From Octopus sinensis (Eukaryota): 47,069 bases of DNA. Under the pieces are notes generated by a model that was not told the origin of the DNA, did no database searches, and was given only the letters and a program-made list of their open reading frames with translations. Shown one piece after another: positions 12,736 to 24,963 of this stretch. The first letter of the stretch is position 1. Each line of letters opens with the position of its first letter. Both the position numbers and the translations under genes were made by a program. The stretch covers positions 1-47,069 of the forward strand of contig NW_021833820.1 in NCBI RefSeq assembly GCF_006345805.1, written 5' to 3'.

Positions 12736-13148
12736 TACATTTTTTAAATGTCTTGCTTTGAAAGATTGCATTCGGTGGGATTAGTAAAATTTTTGGTAGA
12801 AATGACTTTTTGTCCCTCTTAGCGTGTGGCATCTATGTATAATAATGCCCTCTATATATAAATTAATATGTTCAATAAGAAAATTATTTTCGAAATTTTT
12901 CTCTTATGAGGTTTTTCACGCTATCTACCTGATAATTTCTTATTAAGATTCCTTATTAAGAGGTTGTCCTTAATTGCTAAATAATTTTATTTTATTCCGA
13001 AAAAACTTTTCCTATCCGAGGTGCATTTCAAAGAAGCCTGCCATTTACCGGATGTAATATATGTAAACTCCCCCATGTGCTTCATTGAAGTTGAACAGTT
13101 AGCTGCTTGGCTTCGACGAGACAGGGTCGTTTATTTATGATACGTTCA

Positions 13149-13194
13149 GGCTTGCTGAAGAGTACGTAAGTACGAAATCACAGGTGATACAGTC
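13149..13194 (+). ncRNA. Type I hammerhead ribozyme (H2)
   Basis: Same core as 12689; one A missing from the 3' strand of stem I. Confidence 0.8.
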
Positions 13195-13435
13195 TACATT
13201 TTTAAATGTCTTGCTTTGAAAGATTGCATTCGGTGGGATTAGTAAAATTTTGGTAGAAATGACTTTTTGTCCCTCTTAGCGTGTGGCATCTATGTATAAT
13301 AATGCCCTCTATATATAATTAATATGTTCCAATAAGAAAGAATTATTTTCGAAATTTCTCTCTTATGAGGTTTTTCACGCTATCTACCTGATAATTTCTT
13401 ATTAAGATTCCTTATAAGAGGTTGTCCTTAATTGC

Positions 13436-13439
<4 letters not shown>

Positions 13440-13479
<40 letters not shown>

Positions 13480-13597
13480 ATATATATATATATATATGTA
13501 TAATATATATATTATATATATGTATATATATATAAATAATATATATATATATATATAAATATATATATATATACATATTAAATATATATATATATAC

Positions 13598-13662
<65 letters not shown>

Positions 13663-13692
13663 AATATATATATATAAATATATATATATTAA

Positions 13693-13752
<60 letters not shown>

Positions 13753-13784
13753 CATATATAAAATATACTATATATATATATATA
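13440..13784. repeat. (TA)n microsatellite
   Basis: TA tract between the H2 array and the LINE 3' end. Confidence 0.97.
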
Positions 13785-16700
13785 TGATGATTGATTCCAG
13801 TTTCAGCTCATGAACTGTGGCCATGCTGGGGCACCGCCATTTGGTGTTGCTACGTGGTTTTACTTCACGAAAGCTTTTTAGCAACTGCCATTTGGTTTGG
13901 TGCATGAGAGAGTTCGATGCAGCTGCCCTCATCTGCACCTCCTGCCGTGAAGTTGGTTCATCTGGGATACCTGACAGCAGGAGATCCAGTTTCATTTTAA
14001 AGACATCTTCATCCACCCCACCAGGTCTCTTAGGTTCTTCGGGAGGATATTGAAGAGCTGTGGGCCTCGGAAGCCCAGGCTATCACAGTATCTTCTCCTA
14101 CATAGTGATGGCAAATTTGGAGTCCTAGGCACCACGCTGTGGCGCCCAGTTCTGGCATTTGTGTAACTCTCGATGCCAAAGTTTGGGACAAGTCCCTCCA
14201 GGATCTTCCACATGTATATTATGGCATATCTTTCCCGCCTACGCTCCAAGGAATATAGCTTTAATCTCTTGAGTCTTTCCCAGTAGCTTATATTCTGCAG
14301 AGAGGCTATCTTCTTCATGTAGCTACGTTGGATCGCCTCAAGTTCTGTGATCAACTTGACACTGGATGGTGACCATAACTGAGAGCAATAGTCAAAGAGG
14401 CTTAGGACAAGTATCCTCCAGAGGACCATCATGGTTTCTTGCTCTCTTGTTCTAAAGGTTCTGAGAATCCATCCGGCCAGTCGTCTACATTTCATTGCCA
14501 ATTTAGCAACATGTACACGAAAGGTTGCGTCATCAGTCATGTAAATACCCAGGTCACGCACTGATTGTGCCTCTGGGATTGCTATTCCACCGTGTCCAGT
14601 GTATTCATTGGGTATTGCATTTGGTTTTGCATGCTGATAGTATAAAGCTTGAAACTTTTCAGCATTAAACTGCATGCTATTCTTTTCAGCCCACTTGTAT
14701 ATTTCGTCCAGCTCACATTGCAGGCGTTTAGTGTCCTCAGGGTTCTGTATTGCTTGTGAAACTTTTGTATCATCTGCATAACTTGTGATCGTGGCTCTCT
14801 ACGTAGCTGAGGGCATGTCTGAGAGGGCCATTATGAACAGTAGTGGTCCCAAGACAGTGCCCTGCGGAACACCGCTCACTATTTGCGTGTTAATGGAAGC
14901 GGCCCCATTGGCTACTACCACCTGACTTCTATCTTTCAGAAAGTCATGAAGCCATTCTCCCAGTTTTCCAGCTATGTTGAGATCACGCATTTTGTGACAT
15001 ATCATTCCATGATCGACTTTATCAAAGGCCTTTGCAAAGTCGAGATATATCACTTCAACATTTGAGTGGTCGAGCAGTCGTTTCAGCACCCAGTCATAGT
15101 GTTGTAGGAGCTGAGTTAAACAGCTTCTCCCTGGTCGGAAACCATGTTGGGTGTCGGGCAGCAAGTCATTTTCTTCAAGGAAGGTGATCAGTTTCCTTCT
15201 GACTATTCGTTCCATGACCTTGCTGATGTGTGAGGTCAGAGAGATAGGTCTGTAGTTCTTGGCCTCCGCTCTGCTACCTCCTTTATGAATAGGGCATATT
15301 TTACCTTCCTTCAGTTTTTTTGGAAGTTTGCCAGCTGCAAGGAAGCTCTGAAAGAGGAACTGCAGCGGTCTTGCTAGGACTCTCTTACATACTTTTAGGA
15401 GGATTGCCGGGAATCCATCGGGGCCAGTAGCTGAGTCTGTTTTCATTTCATCTATAGCCTTTATTACATCGTCTTCCTTTATATCGATGTAGTCTATCGT
15501 CACCGCCTCTGATTTTATATCTGCAGTGGTAAAGAAGTCAGTTGGATTGGTGATTTGGAAATGCCCAAGGGGTGTAGTGAAAACACTCTTGAATTGCTCA
15601 TTCAGTATTTCACTTACCCTCATTGGTTTTCCTGTGAGTGTGCCATCCTTTTCAACGAGTGGCCATATCCTACAGTGCACCGTAGCTGTTTCTTTGGCAT
15701 ACCTGTAGAAAGCTCTGGGGTTAGATTTTATGTTGTCTATAGGCCAGGCTTCTTTGTCTGCTCTTTCCTTTTCATGGGAGAGTTGCAGACATTTTTCAAT
15801 TTCCAACAGTTTTATTTTTAGGCGGGACTTTTCACTGCTTTCAATTTGTTTGTTTAGGCGATTTGAAATTTTTGTACGCCGTCTCATTAAAATTTTCCTC
15901 TCTCTGGGGATTTTGTTCTTGTGTACAGTGGCCTTTCTCTCTGGGACACATTTGTAGCATATGGCTTGCATTACAGACATGAATTGTTGAAGTTTCACGT
16001 CGATGTCTGGCGAGGAGAGACATTTAGGCCAGCTTTGTTTGAGGATCTCTTTCTCAATTTGTTTCTAGTTTGCCTTATGGTAGTTCAAGCTGGAAATATT
16101 CTGAGTGTTTCTTGTAGGCTGCATGTCCGTGCTCTCTTTTGGCCCGTACATGGTCAGCTCTACCATGTTGTGATCCGAGAGTAGTGTCGGTGTCACTTTC
16201 ACATTATGGATGAGATCCATATTATTTGTGAAGCAGACATCCAGTGTGTTACCTGCGCTGGTTGGCTGGAGTATTACTTGCTCCATGTACAGGGTGTTGA
16301 TGAGGTTCAAGAGGGACCTTTCCTGCCCTCGTTCACATCTTGTCATTCCTGGGAGAGAAAGGCCCTCGGGCCATCTGACATTGGGTAGGTTGAGGTCTCC
16401 CATAAGAAGTACACTTATGTGTTGTTCTAATGTGATTAGAACTTCTTCTATTTTTATAAGGCAGTCTTCAAACTTGCCTACATGGCTTGGGGCATCTGGA
16501 GGGCGATATGTAGCACACACAACTACATTAAGTTGCCTTATATGTACAATTAGTGTCACACACGAGTTTGAGTATGACAAAAGGACCTGGGGTGGGAGGT
16601 CCTCACGGATGTACATAGCAACTCCTCCATGACTCCTTTCTTTTCTGTCGGTCCGTAGTACAACATACTATGGTATGTGTAATTCCGCATCTGCTATGTC

Positions 16701-17445
16701 CGGTTTCAGGTGCGTTTCCGTGAGTGCTATGCAACAAAGTCTCTCAAGAACGGGATTTTTGTCCTGTTACTGAGTGTTTGCAGTCCTCTGATGTTCAGTA
16801 GGAGCATCGAGGTGAGGTGTATGTTGTTGCCGGCGGTGTCCATCTTGGGTCTGTTTGCTGTGGTGGTCTTGTATATTGTGGGTAATCCCACCTTCGAGCT
16901 TCGGTTTGATGAAGCCAGGTCAGCTGCTGTCCAATCTTTTGTGCCATGCACAAAAAAGATTCTTGCTCAGCAGCTGCCCTTTCAACAACATCATGTTGGC
17001 GGTTTGTTGCACGCACCACATCTGCGTACCTCCGGTTTGGGGCATGTTGTGCGTGGTCTATTCCTTTTCCTTTTGTTGATAGTCTGTTTCCTATCTGTTT
17101 CGTGTCTCTTTGGCAGGGTCCCCGATGTGCAAAGCGGCAGCCTGCACCTTCCTCTCCATGCCAGCAGGTACCTCTCAGGTAGAAGCTACACACCCGTGTG
17201 CGCTGTTTGTTTCCATCCTTTGTGGTCCCACTTCTATTCCTGGCTGTTTCACCCTTTGGTCCTGCTTGAGCTTTTCCTTCAGTTCTTTTAGTCCTTCTTT
17301 TAGTTCTTCCTCCCTCTATTTCTTCCTTGGGTTCTTCATCTCCATGGCCTCTTTGGCTGGTAAGAGCACTTGCACTTGGGTTCACTTCCCGGGCAGGTTT
17401 CTCATTCAAAACCCCTTCCCGGGTGTCCAATAGGTGGGGATGACT
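13785..17445 (-). pseudogene. Family A CR1/L2-group LINE, 5'-truncated within ORF1, with stops and frameshifts
   Basis: ORFs 16795-17508, 16727-16951, 16065-16616, 14799-15998 and 13992-14675 match ORF1/ORF2 of the 19.3-23.2 kb copy; short (aatc) tail at ~13785-13795. Confidence 0.96.
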
Positions 17446-17454
17446 CCTATGGGG

Positions 17455-17960
17455 GTGAAAAACCTCATAAGATAAAAATTTCGAATTAATATAAATTAAT
17501 ATGTTCAATAAGAAAGAATTATTTTCGAAATTTTTATCTTATGAGGTTTTTCACGCTATCTACCTGATAATTTCTTGTTAAGATTCCTTATTAAGAGGTT
17601 ATCCTTAATTGTTAAATAATTTTATTCCGAAAAAACTTTTCTATCCGAAATGCAATTCGAAGAAGCCTGCCATTTACCGGATGTATTATATGTAAACTCC
17701 CCCATGTGCTTCGTTGTTGAACAGTTAGCTGTTTAGCTTCGACGTGACGAGGTCGTTTATTTATGATACGTTCAGAACCATTCTTGCTGATGAGTACGTA
17801 AGTACGAAATCACAGGTGATACAAGACTTAATTGTTTAAATGCCTTGCTTTGAAAAATTGCATTTGGGTAGAATTAGTAAAATTTTTGGTAGAAATGACT
17901 AATGTCCCTCTTAGCGTGTGGCATGTATGTATAATAATGCCCTCTATATATAAATTAATA
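17455..17960 (+). mobile_element. Single diverged H2 unit preceded by a ~31-bp inverted piece
   Basis: Homologous to 12361-12822; begins and ends with tataaattaatat; 17455-17485 is inverted relative to the unit. Confidence 0.88.
17782..17826 (+). ncRNA. Type I hammerhead ribozyme (H2 variant)
   Basis: tcttg-CTGATGA-gtacgtaagtac-GAA-atcacaggtgat-A-caaga; stem I covaries relative to the other H2 copies. Confidence 0.9.
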
Positions 17961-18165
17961 TATATATATATATATAATATATATATAAATATATATATTA
18001 TATATAATAATATAATATATATATAAATATATATATATACATATATATATAAATATATATAATATATATAATATATATAATATATAAATTATATTAAAAT
18101 ATATATATAAATATATATATATATATAAATATATATAAATATATAAATATATATATAAATAATAT

Positions 18166-18211
<46 letters not shown>

Positions 18212-18220
18212 TATATATAA

Positions 18221-18295
<75 letters not shown>

Positions 18296-18334
18296 AATAT
18301 GTATATATATATAATAATATATATATATATATTA

Positions 18335-18370
<36 letters not shown>

Positions 18371-18451
18371 TTATATATATATTATATTTATATATATATT
18401 TATATTATATATATTATATAATATTTATATATATATATGTATATATATATA

Positions 18452-18490
<39 letters not shown>

Positions 18491-18495
18491 ATATA

Positions 18496-18522
<27 letters not shown>
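17961..18522. repeat. (TA)n microsatellite
   Basis: Interrupted TA tract. Confidence 0.97.
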
Positions 18523-18526
<4 letters not shown>

Positions 18527-19223
18527 AATACAAAAGGTAATGCAATAAAAATGGTAAATAATTTTCTGTGGTTTTTCATGTAACCAACAATTATTTACCG
18601 GTAAATTTCGGTATGTAAATACGACAAATTAATTGTCAGGACCTTTGTAAGGTTCAGTATATAGTAAAGAAAATAAGGTGGCTAGCAGCAGGCTGTTTCG
18701 CCTCATACCGAAGGAATTAGAAATGGCAGTCAAAGACCGTTTTTTCCATTTTCTATAAGAGGAGATTCTGAAAAATTATTTACCATTTTTATTGCATTAC
18801 CATGTGGATTCCTCATTCCATTACGATTACCCAGAAGGCGCGCATGGCAGAATTTTGGAGGGAAAATTTACGTTCTCAGTCGTTACTTAGTTTTAACATC
18901 TGCGCACTTCCCCCCACTATCTGATGTCGCTGGGTCAGAAGTGAGGGCTGGTGGCATTTGGTAAAGCTATCGAATATAGCGCTGATGACGGAATTCAAAC
19001 TACTTTTTCTATGTTTGCGATCCAGAAACACGGTGTTCGCTATTAACGGTAAGTGACTGCTTTCGTATATTTGCCACTCCGATTTTGTGTATGTGAGCCG
19101 TAAGGGCCTTCGTTTTTGGAATCTCCTCTTATAGAAAATGGAAAAAACGGTCTTTGACTGCCATTTCTAATTCCTTCGGTATGAGGCGAAACAGCCTGCT
19201 GCTAGCCACCTTATTTTCTTTAC
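18523..19223. mobile_element. Interleaved inverted-repeat cassette with HHR (family H5)
   Basis: 105-bp arms 18664-18768 / 19119-19223 and ~30-bp arms 18536-18565 / 18771-18801. Confidence 0.8.
18976..19043 (+). ncRNA. Type I hammerhead ribozyme, partly decayed (H5)
   Basis: atagcg-CTGATGA-cggaattcaaac..gtttgcgatcca-GAAA-cacggtg-TT-cgctat; perfect 6-bp stem I, imperfect stem II, GUU site. Confidence 0.65.
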
Positions 19224-19289
19224 AATATATATATATATATATATATTGAACATAATTAGATAGATAAATAAATAGATAGATTATCCAAC

Positions 19290-20192
19290 ATGTCCAGAGC
19301 CTGGAGACCTGACGAACTGGCGTTGTTCGTACGAGCCTGGAAATGCGCCGACGGAGAAAAGCCAAACAATGTAATTACGGCTGTGCTGAAGAGCGACAGC
19401 TACAAAAGGACGGTAGCTCAGATAGAGCGAAAGAAACAGGAATTCATACGCTCCTATGCGCTTGTGCGGTCGCACATCGGCACACTTGATGCCATTTTTG
19501 AGAACGAGCAGGGCAAAGATGGCAAGGATGGAGACGATGAAAGAAGTCACCCCCACCTGGTGGACACCCGGGAAGGGGTTTTGAGTGAGAAACCTGCCCG
19601 GGAAGTGAACCCAAGTACAAGTGCTCCTACTGGCAGCAAGGGCCATGGAGATGGAGAACCCAGGGAAGAAGTAGGGGGAGGAAGAACCAAAAGAAGGACT
19701 GAAAGAGCTAAAGGAAAAGCTCAAGCAGGACCAAAGGGTGAAACAGCCAGGATTAGAAGTGGAACCGCAAAGGATGGAAACAAACAGCGCACACGGGTGT
19801 GTAGGTTCTACTTGAGAGGTACCTGCTGGCATGGAGAGGAAGGTGAAGGCTGCCGCTTTGCACATCGGGGACCCTGCCGCAGAGACACAAAACAGATAAA
19901 CAAACCATCAACACAAGGAAAAGGGATGGACCACGCACCACATGCCCCAAAACGGAGGTACGCAGATGTGGTGCGTACCACAAACCGCCAACATGATGTT
20001 GTTGAAAGGGCAGCTGCTGAGCAAGAATCTTTTTTGTGCATGGCACAAAAGATTGTACAGCAGCTGACCTGGCTTCATCAAACCCAAGCTCGCAGGTGGG
20101 ACTACCCACAATATACAAGACCACTACAGCAAACAGACCCAAGATGGACACCGCCGGCAACAACATACACCTCACCTCGATGCTCCTACTGA
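19290..20192 (+). CDS. LINE ORF1 protein: Myb/SANT-like N-terminus plus CCCH zinc finger
   Basis: 300 aa; AWRPDELALFVRAW..KRTVAQIERK; CRFYLRGTCWHGEEGEGCRFAH (19800-19865). Position as ORF1 is clear; the domain names are by-eye calls. Confidence 0.8.
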   Translation: MSRAWRPDELALFVRAWKCADGEKPNNVITAVLKSDSYKRTVAQIERKKQEFIRSYALVRSHIGTLDAIFENEQGKDGKDGDDERSHPHLVDTREGVLSEKPAREVNPSTSAPTGSKGHGDGEPREEVGGGRTKRRTERAKGKAQAGPKGETARIRSGTAKDGNKQRTRVCRFYLRGTCWHGEEGEGCRFAHRGPCRRDTKQINKPSTQGKGMDHAPHAPKRRYADVVRTTNRQHDVVERAAAEQESFLCMAQKIVQQLTWLHQTQARRWDYPQYTRPLQQTDPRWTPPATTYTSPRCSY

Positions 20193-23017
20193 ACATCAGA
20201 GGACTGCAAACACTCAGTAACAGGACAAAAATCCCGTTCTTGAGAGACTTTGTTGCATGCAATCAAGCCTTATGCATAGCACTTACGGAAACGCACCTGA
20301 AACCGGACATAGCAGATGCGGAATTACACATACCACAGTATGTTGTACTACGGACCGACAGAAATGAAAGGAGTCATGGAGGAGTTGCTATGTACATCCG
20401 TGAAGACCTCACACCCCAGGTCCTTTTGTCATACTCAAACTCGGTGTGTGACACACTAATTGTACATATAAGGCAACTTAATGTAGTTGTGTGTGCTACA
20501 TATCGCCCTCCAGATGCCCCAAGCCATGTAGGCAAGTTTGAAGACTGCCTTATAAAAATAGAAGAAGTTCTAATCACATTAGAACAACACATAAGTGTAC
20601 TTCTTATGGGAGACCTCAACCTACCCAATGTCAGATGGCCCGAGGGCCTTTCTCTCCCGGGAATGACAAGATGTGAACGAGGACAGGCGAGGTCCCTCCT
20701 GAACCTCTTCAACACCCTGTACATGGAGCAGGTAATACTCCAACCAACCAGGGCAGGTAACACACTGGATCTCTGCTTCACAAATAATATGGATCTCATC
20801 CATAATGTGAAAGTGACACCGACACTACTCTCGGATCACAACATGGTAGAGCTGACCATGTACTGGCCAAAAGAGAGCACGGACATGCAGCCTACAAGAA
20901 ACCCTCAGAACCTTTCCAGCTTGAACTACCATAAGGCAAACTGGAAACAAATTGAGAAAGAGATCCTCAAACAAAACTGCCCTAAATGTCTCTCCTCGCC
21001 AGACATCGACGTGAAACTTCAACAATTCATGTCTGTAATACAAGCCATATGCTACAAATGTGTCCCAGAGAGAAAGGCCACTGTACACAAGAACAAAATC
21101 CCCAGAGAGAGGAAAATTTTAATGAGACGGCGTACAAAAATTTCAAATCGCCTAAACAAACAAATTGAAAGCAGTGAAAAGTCCCGCCTAAAAATAAAAC
21201 TGTTGGAAATTGGAAGATGTCTGCAACTCTCCCATGAAAAGGAAAGAGCAGACAAAGAAGCCTGTGCTATAGGCAACATAAAATCTAACCCCAGAGCTTT
21301 CTACAGGTATGCCAAAGAAACAGCTACGGCGCACTGTAGGATAGGGCCACTCGTTGAAAAGGATGGCACACTCACAGGAAAACCAATGAGGGTAAGTGAA
21401 ATACTGAATGAGCAATTCAAGAGTGTTTTCACTCCACACCATGGGCATCTCCAAATCACCAATCCAACGGACTTCTTTACCACTGCAGATATAAAATCAG
21501 AGGCGGTGACGATAGACTACATCGATATAAAGGAAGACGATGTAATAAAGGCTATAGATGAAATGAAAACAGACTCAGCTACTGGCCCCGATGGATTCCC
21601 GGCAATCCTCCTAAAAGTAAGTAAGAGAGTCCTAGCAAGACCGCTGCAGTTCCTCTTTCAGAGCTTCCTTGCAGCTGGCAAACTTCCAAGAAAACTGAAG
21701 GAAGGTAAAATATGCCCCATTCATAAAGGAGGTAGCAGAGCGGAGGCCAAGAACTACAGACCTATCTCTCTGACCTCACACATCAGCAAGGTCATGGAAC
21801 GAATAGTCAGAAGGAAGCTGATCACCTTCCTTGAAGAAAATCACTTGCTGCCCGACACCCAACATGGTTTCCGACCAGGGAGAAGCTGTTTAACTCAGCT
21901 CCTACAACACTATGACTGGGTGCTGAAACGGCTGCTCAACCACTCAAATGTGGAAGTGATATATCTCGACTTTGCAAAGGCCTTTGATAAAGTCGATCAT
22001 GGAATGATATGTCACAAAATGCGTGATCTCAACATAGTTGGAAGACTGGGAGAATGGTTTCATGACTTTCTGAAGGATAGAAGTCAGGTGGTAGTAGCCA
22101 ATGGGGCCACCTCCATTAACACACAAATAGTGAGCGGTGTTCCGCAGGGCACTGTCTTGGGACCACTACTGTTCATAATGGCCTTCTCAGACATGCCCTC
22201 AGCCACGCAGAGAGCCACGATCACAAGTTATGCAGATGATACAAAAGTTTCACAGGCAATACAGAACCCTGAGGACACTAAACGCCTGCAATGTGAGCTG
22301 GACGAAATATACAAGTGGGCTGAAAAGAATAGCATGCAGTTCAATGCTGAAAAGTTTCAAGCTTTATACTATCAACATGCAAAACTAAATGCAATACCCA
22401 ATGAATACACTGGACCCGGAGGAATAGCAATCCCAGAGGCACAATCAGTGCGTGACCTGGGTATTTACATGAGTGATGACGCAACCTTTCGTGTACATGT
22501 TGCTAGTTTGGCAATGAAATGCAGACGACTGGCCAGATGGATTCTTAGAACCTTCAGAACAAGAGAAAAAGAAACCATGATGGTCCTCAGGAAGACACTT
22601 GTCCTAAGCCACTTTGACTATTGCTCTCAGTTATGGTCACCATCCAGCGTCAAGTTGATCACAGAACTCGTGGCGATCCAACGTAGCTACACGAAGAAGA
22701 TAGCCTCTATGCAGAATGTAAGCTACTGGGAAAGACTCAAGAGATTAAAGCTATATTCCTTGGAGCGTAGGCGGGAAAGATATGCCATAATATACATCTG
22801 GAAGATCCTGGAGGGACGTGTCCCAAACTTTGGCATCGAGAGATACACAAATGCCAGAACTAGGCGTCACAGCGTGGTGCCTAGGACTCCAAATTTGCTA
22901 TCAAGATGTGGGACAAGATACTGTGATAGCCTGGGCTTCCGAGGCCCACAGCTCTTCAATATCCTCCCGAAGAACCTAAGAGACCTGGTGGGGTGGATGA
23001 AGATGTCTTTAAAATGA
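20036..23017 (+). CDS. LINE ORF2: APE endonuclease plus reverse transcriptase (likely start ATG 20180; last ~40 codons frameshifted)
   Basis: LLNIRGL, LTETHL, GDLN, LDL, SDHN (APE); NYRPISLTS, QHGFR, YLDFAKAFD, GVPQG, YADD (RT); YCSQLWSP and SLERRRER. Confidence 0.96.
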   Translation: MHGTKDCTAADLASSNPSSQVGLPTIYKTTTANRPKMDTAGNNIHLTSMLLLNIRGLQTLSNRTKIPFLRDFVACNQALCIALTETHLKPDIADAELHIPQYVVLRTDRNERSHGGVAMYIREDLTPQVLLSYSNSVCDTLIVHIRQLNVVVCATYRPPDAPSHVGKFEDCLIKIEEVLITLEQHISVLLMGDLNLPNVRWPEGLSLPGMTRCERGQARSLLNLFNTLYMEQVILQPTRAGNTLDLCFTNNMDLIHNVKVTPTLLSDHNMVELTMYWPKESTDMQPTRNPQNLSSLNYHKANWKQIEKEILKQNCPKCLSSPDIDVKLQQFMSVIQAICYKCVPERKATVHKNKIPRERKILMRRRTKISNRLNKQIESSEKSRLKIKLLEIGRCLQLSHEKERADKEACAIGNIKSNPRAFYRYAKETATAHCRIGPLVEKDGTLTGKPMRVSEILNEQFKSVFTPHHGHLQITNPTDFFTTADIKSEAVTIDYIDIKEDDVIKAIDEMKTDSATGPDGFPAILLKVSKRVLARPLQFLFQSFLAAGKLPRKLKEGKICPIHKGGSRAEAKNYRPISLTSHISKVMERIVRRKLITFLEENHLLPDTQHGFRPGRSCLTQLLQHYDWVLKRLLNHSNVEVIYLDFAKAFDKVDHGMICHKMRDLNIVGRLGEWFHDFLKDRSQVVVANGATSINTQIVSGVPQGTVLGPLLFIMAFSDMPSATQRATITSYADDTKVSQAIQNPEDTKRLQCELDEIYKWAEKNSMQFNAEKFQALYYQHAKLNAIPNEYTGPGGIAIPEAQSVRDLGIYMSDDATFRVHVASLAMKCRRLARWILRTFRTREKETMMVLRKTLVLSHFDYCSQLWSPSSVKLITELVAIQRSYTKKIASMQNVSYWERLKRLKLYSLERRRERYAIIYIWKILEGRVPNFGIERYTNARTRRHSVVPRTPNLLSRCGTRYCDSLGFRGPQLFNILPKNLRDLVGWMKMSLK

Positions 23018-23225
23018 AACTGGATCTCCTGCTGTCAGGTGTCCCAGATGAACCAACTTCACGGCAGGAGGTGCAGATGAGGGCAGCTGCATCGAACTCT
23101 CTCATGCACCAAATGGCAGTCGCTAAAAAGCTTTCGTGAAGTAAAACCATGTAGCAACACCAAATGGCGGTGCCCCAGCATGGCCACAGCTCATGAGCTG
23201 AAACTAAAATCAATCAAAATCAATC

Positions 23226-23288
23226 ATATATATATATATAAATTTATATAAAATATATATATACATATATAAATATATATATATATAA

Positions 23289-23319
<31 letters not shown>

Positions 23320-23371
23320 ATATATATATATAAAATATATAAATAATATATATAAATATATATATATATTA

Positions 23372-23405
<34 letters not shown>

Positions 23406-23441
23406 AAATATATTATATATATAAATATATATTAATATATA

Positions 23442-23509
<68 letters not shown>

Positions 23510-23511
23510 TA

Positions 23512-23545
<34 letters not shown>

Positions 23546-23649
23546 TATATATAATATATATATATATATTAATATATATATATATATAAATATAATATAT
23601 ATATTATATAAATATATATTAATATAATATATATATATATAAATATATA

Positions 23650-23688
<39 letters not shown>

Positions 23689-23705
23689 ATATATATATAT
23701 ATATT

Positions 23706-23754
<49 letters not shown>

Positions 23755-23937
23755 TATATATAATATAATATATGTAATATAAATATATATATATAATATA
23801 AATATGTATATAAATATATATTATATAAATATATACATATATAAATATATATATATATAAAATATATTATATTTAAATATATATATAATATATAAAATAT
23901 ATTATATATATATTAAATATATATATACATATATATA
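23226..23937. repeat. (TA)n microsatellite
   Basis: Interrupted TA tract. Confidence 0.97.
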
Positions 23938-24232
23938 TGAGGCTGGCAGACGGCCACGCTTGGATGGTGTTTTTTATGTGTCGGTGGCACATAAAAAACA
24001 CCATCCGAGCGTGGCCGTCTGCCAGCCTCGTCTGGCACCTGTGTCGGTGGCACATAAAATCACCCACTACACCCTCGGAGTGGTTGGCGTTGGGAAGGGC
24101 ATCCAGCTGTAGAAACACTGCCACATCTGACTGGCCTGGTGCAGCCTTCGGGCTTCCCAGACCCCAGTTGAACCGTCCAACCCATGCTAACATGGAAAGC
24201 GGACGTTAAACGATGATGATGATGATGATGAT
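23938..24232 (+). mobile_element. SINE-like repeat, 5'-truncated copy of the 659-1436 family
   Basis: Two subrepeats, same core and (gat)n tail, TA on both sides. Confidence 0.88.
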
Positions 24233-24233
24233 A

Positions 24234-24264
<31 letters not shown>

Positions 24265-24963
24265 CATTATGAATATATAGTGGAATTCATATTAAAAGAT
24301 GATGCATTATAGGTTATTTATTGATGTTCATATTTTAGTTTTGTCGTTAGGTTATTCTTGACAAGTAAATGAGTCTCTCAATGTTTGGTCTCTTTATTCA
24401 TTCGTACCTAATTATTACAATTATAATGATTTTTTTTTTCTCCCTGTGTATTGTTGTCATCACTAATAGTTAACTTCACATGACTCATTGCTATCAGGCA
24501 ATTTGATATTTTCTCTTAGTGTTGTGTTGATATTTTCTGTTTGCTCATTTCAGAGTTTCGAATGTAATTACCACAATATTCATTATCAATTGATATCATC
24601 TTGCATTATTAACTGCCACAGTAATATTTCTTGTAGTTGAACAGTAATTGACTTAGGTATTTGTCAGTAAATGCTTATAATGTACCACCCTCCTCTCAAA
24701 AGGAAGAAAAACCAGGCAAACATAAATACACAAAAGTAATGGATACATATAACAGATCCATGGTTGTATGGATTATTGATGGTATTTTCCCAGTAAAAGT
24801 TCCCAAGTTGCTAGAAACAACAGCCAAAGTTTCTCAAATTACTTACTAGTCCTAGCTGAGGAAGGATATGCTAGATTACTGCGTCCCAACTGTAGTTTCT
24901 TGGAGGATTCTTCAGAGGTTACTTGATGGTCCCTGAGAAATAGTGATTGCCGTCATCATTGGT

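Larger units (their letters stand above)
19246..23225 (+). mobile_element. Essentially full-length CR1/L2-group LINE (family A)
   Basis: Short 5' leader, ORF1, ORF2, 3' palindrome cagctcatgagctg (23187-23200), aatc tail, (TA)n on both sides. Confidence 0.95.

Noticed and set aside
18976-19290. H5 HHR lying in sense ~250 nt upstream of the full-length LINE as its 5'-processing ribozyme
   Set aside because: A TA tract and the cassette's own inverted arm separate them, and family D has no such motif upstream; independent insertions are more parsimonious
24260-24950. AT-rich unique stretch with ORF 24661..24849 as a host exon
   Set aside because: No recognisable motif or convincing splice context; the same applies to 36960-37400
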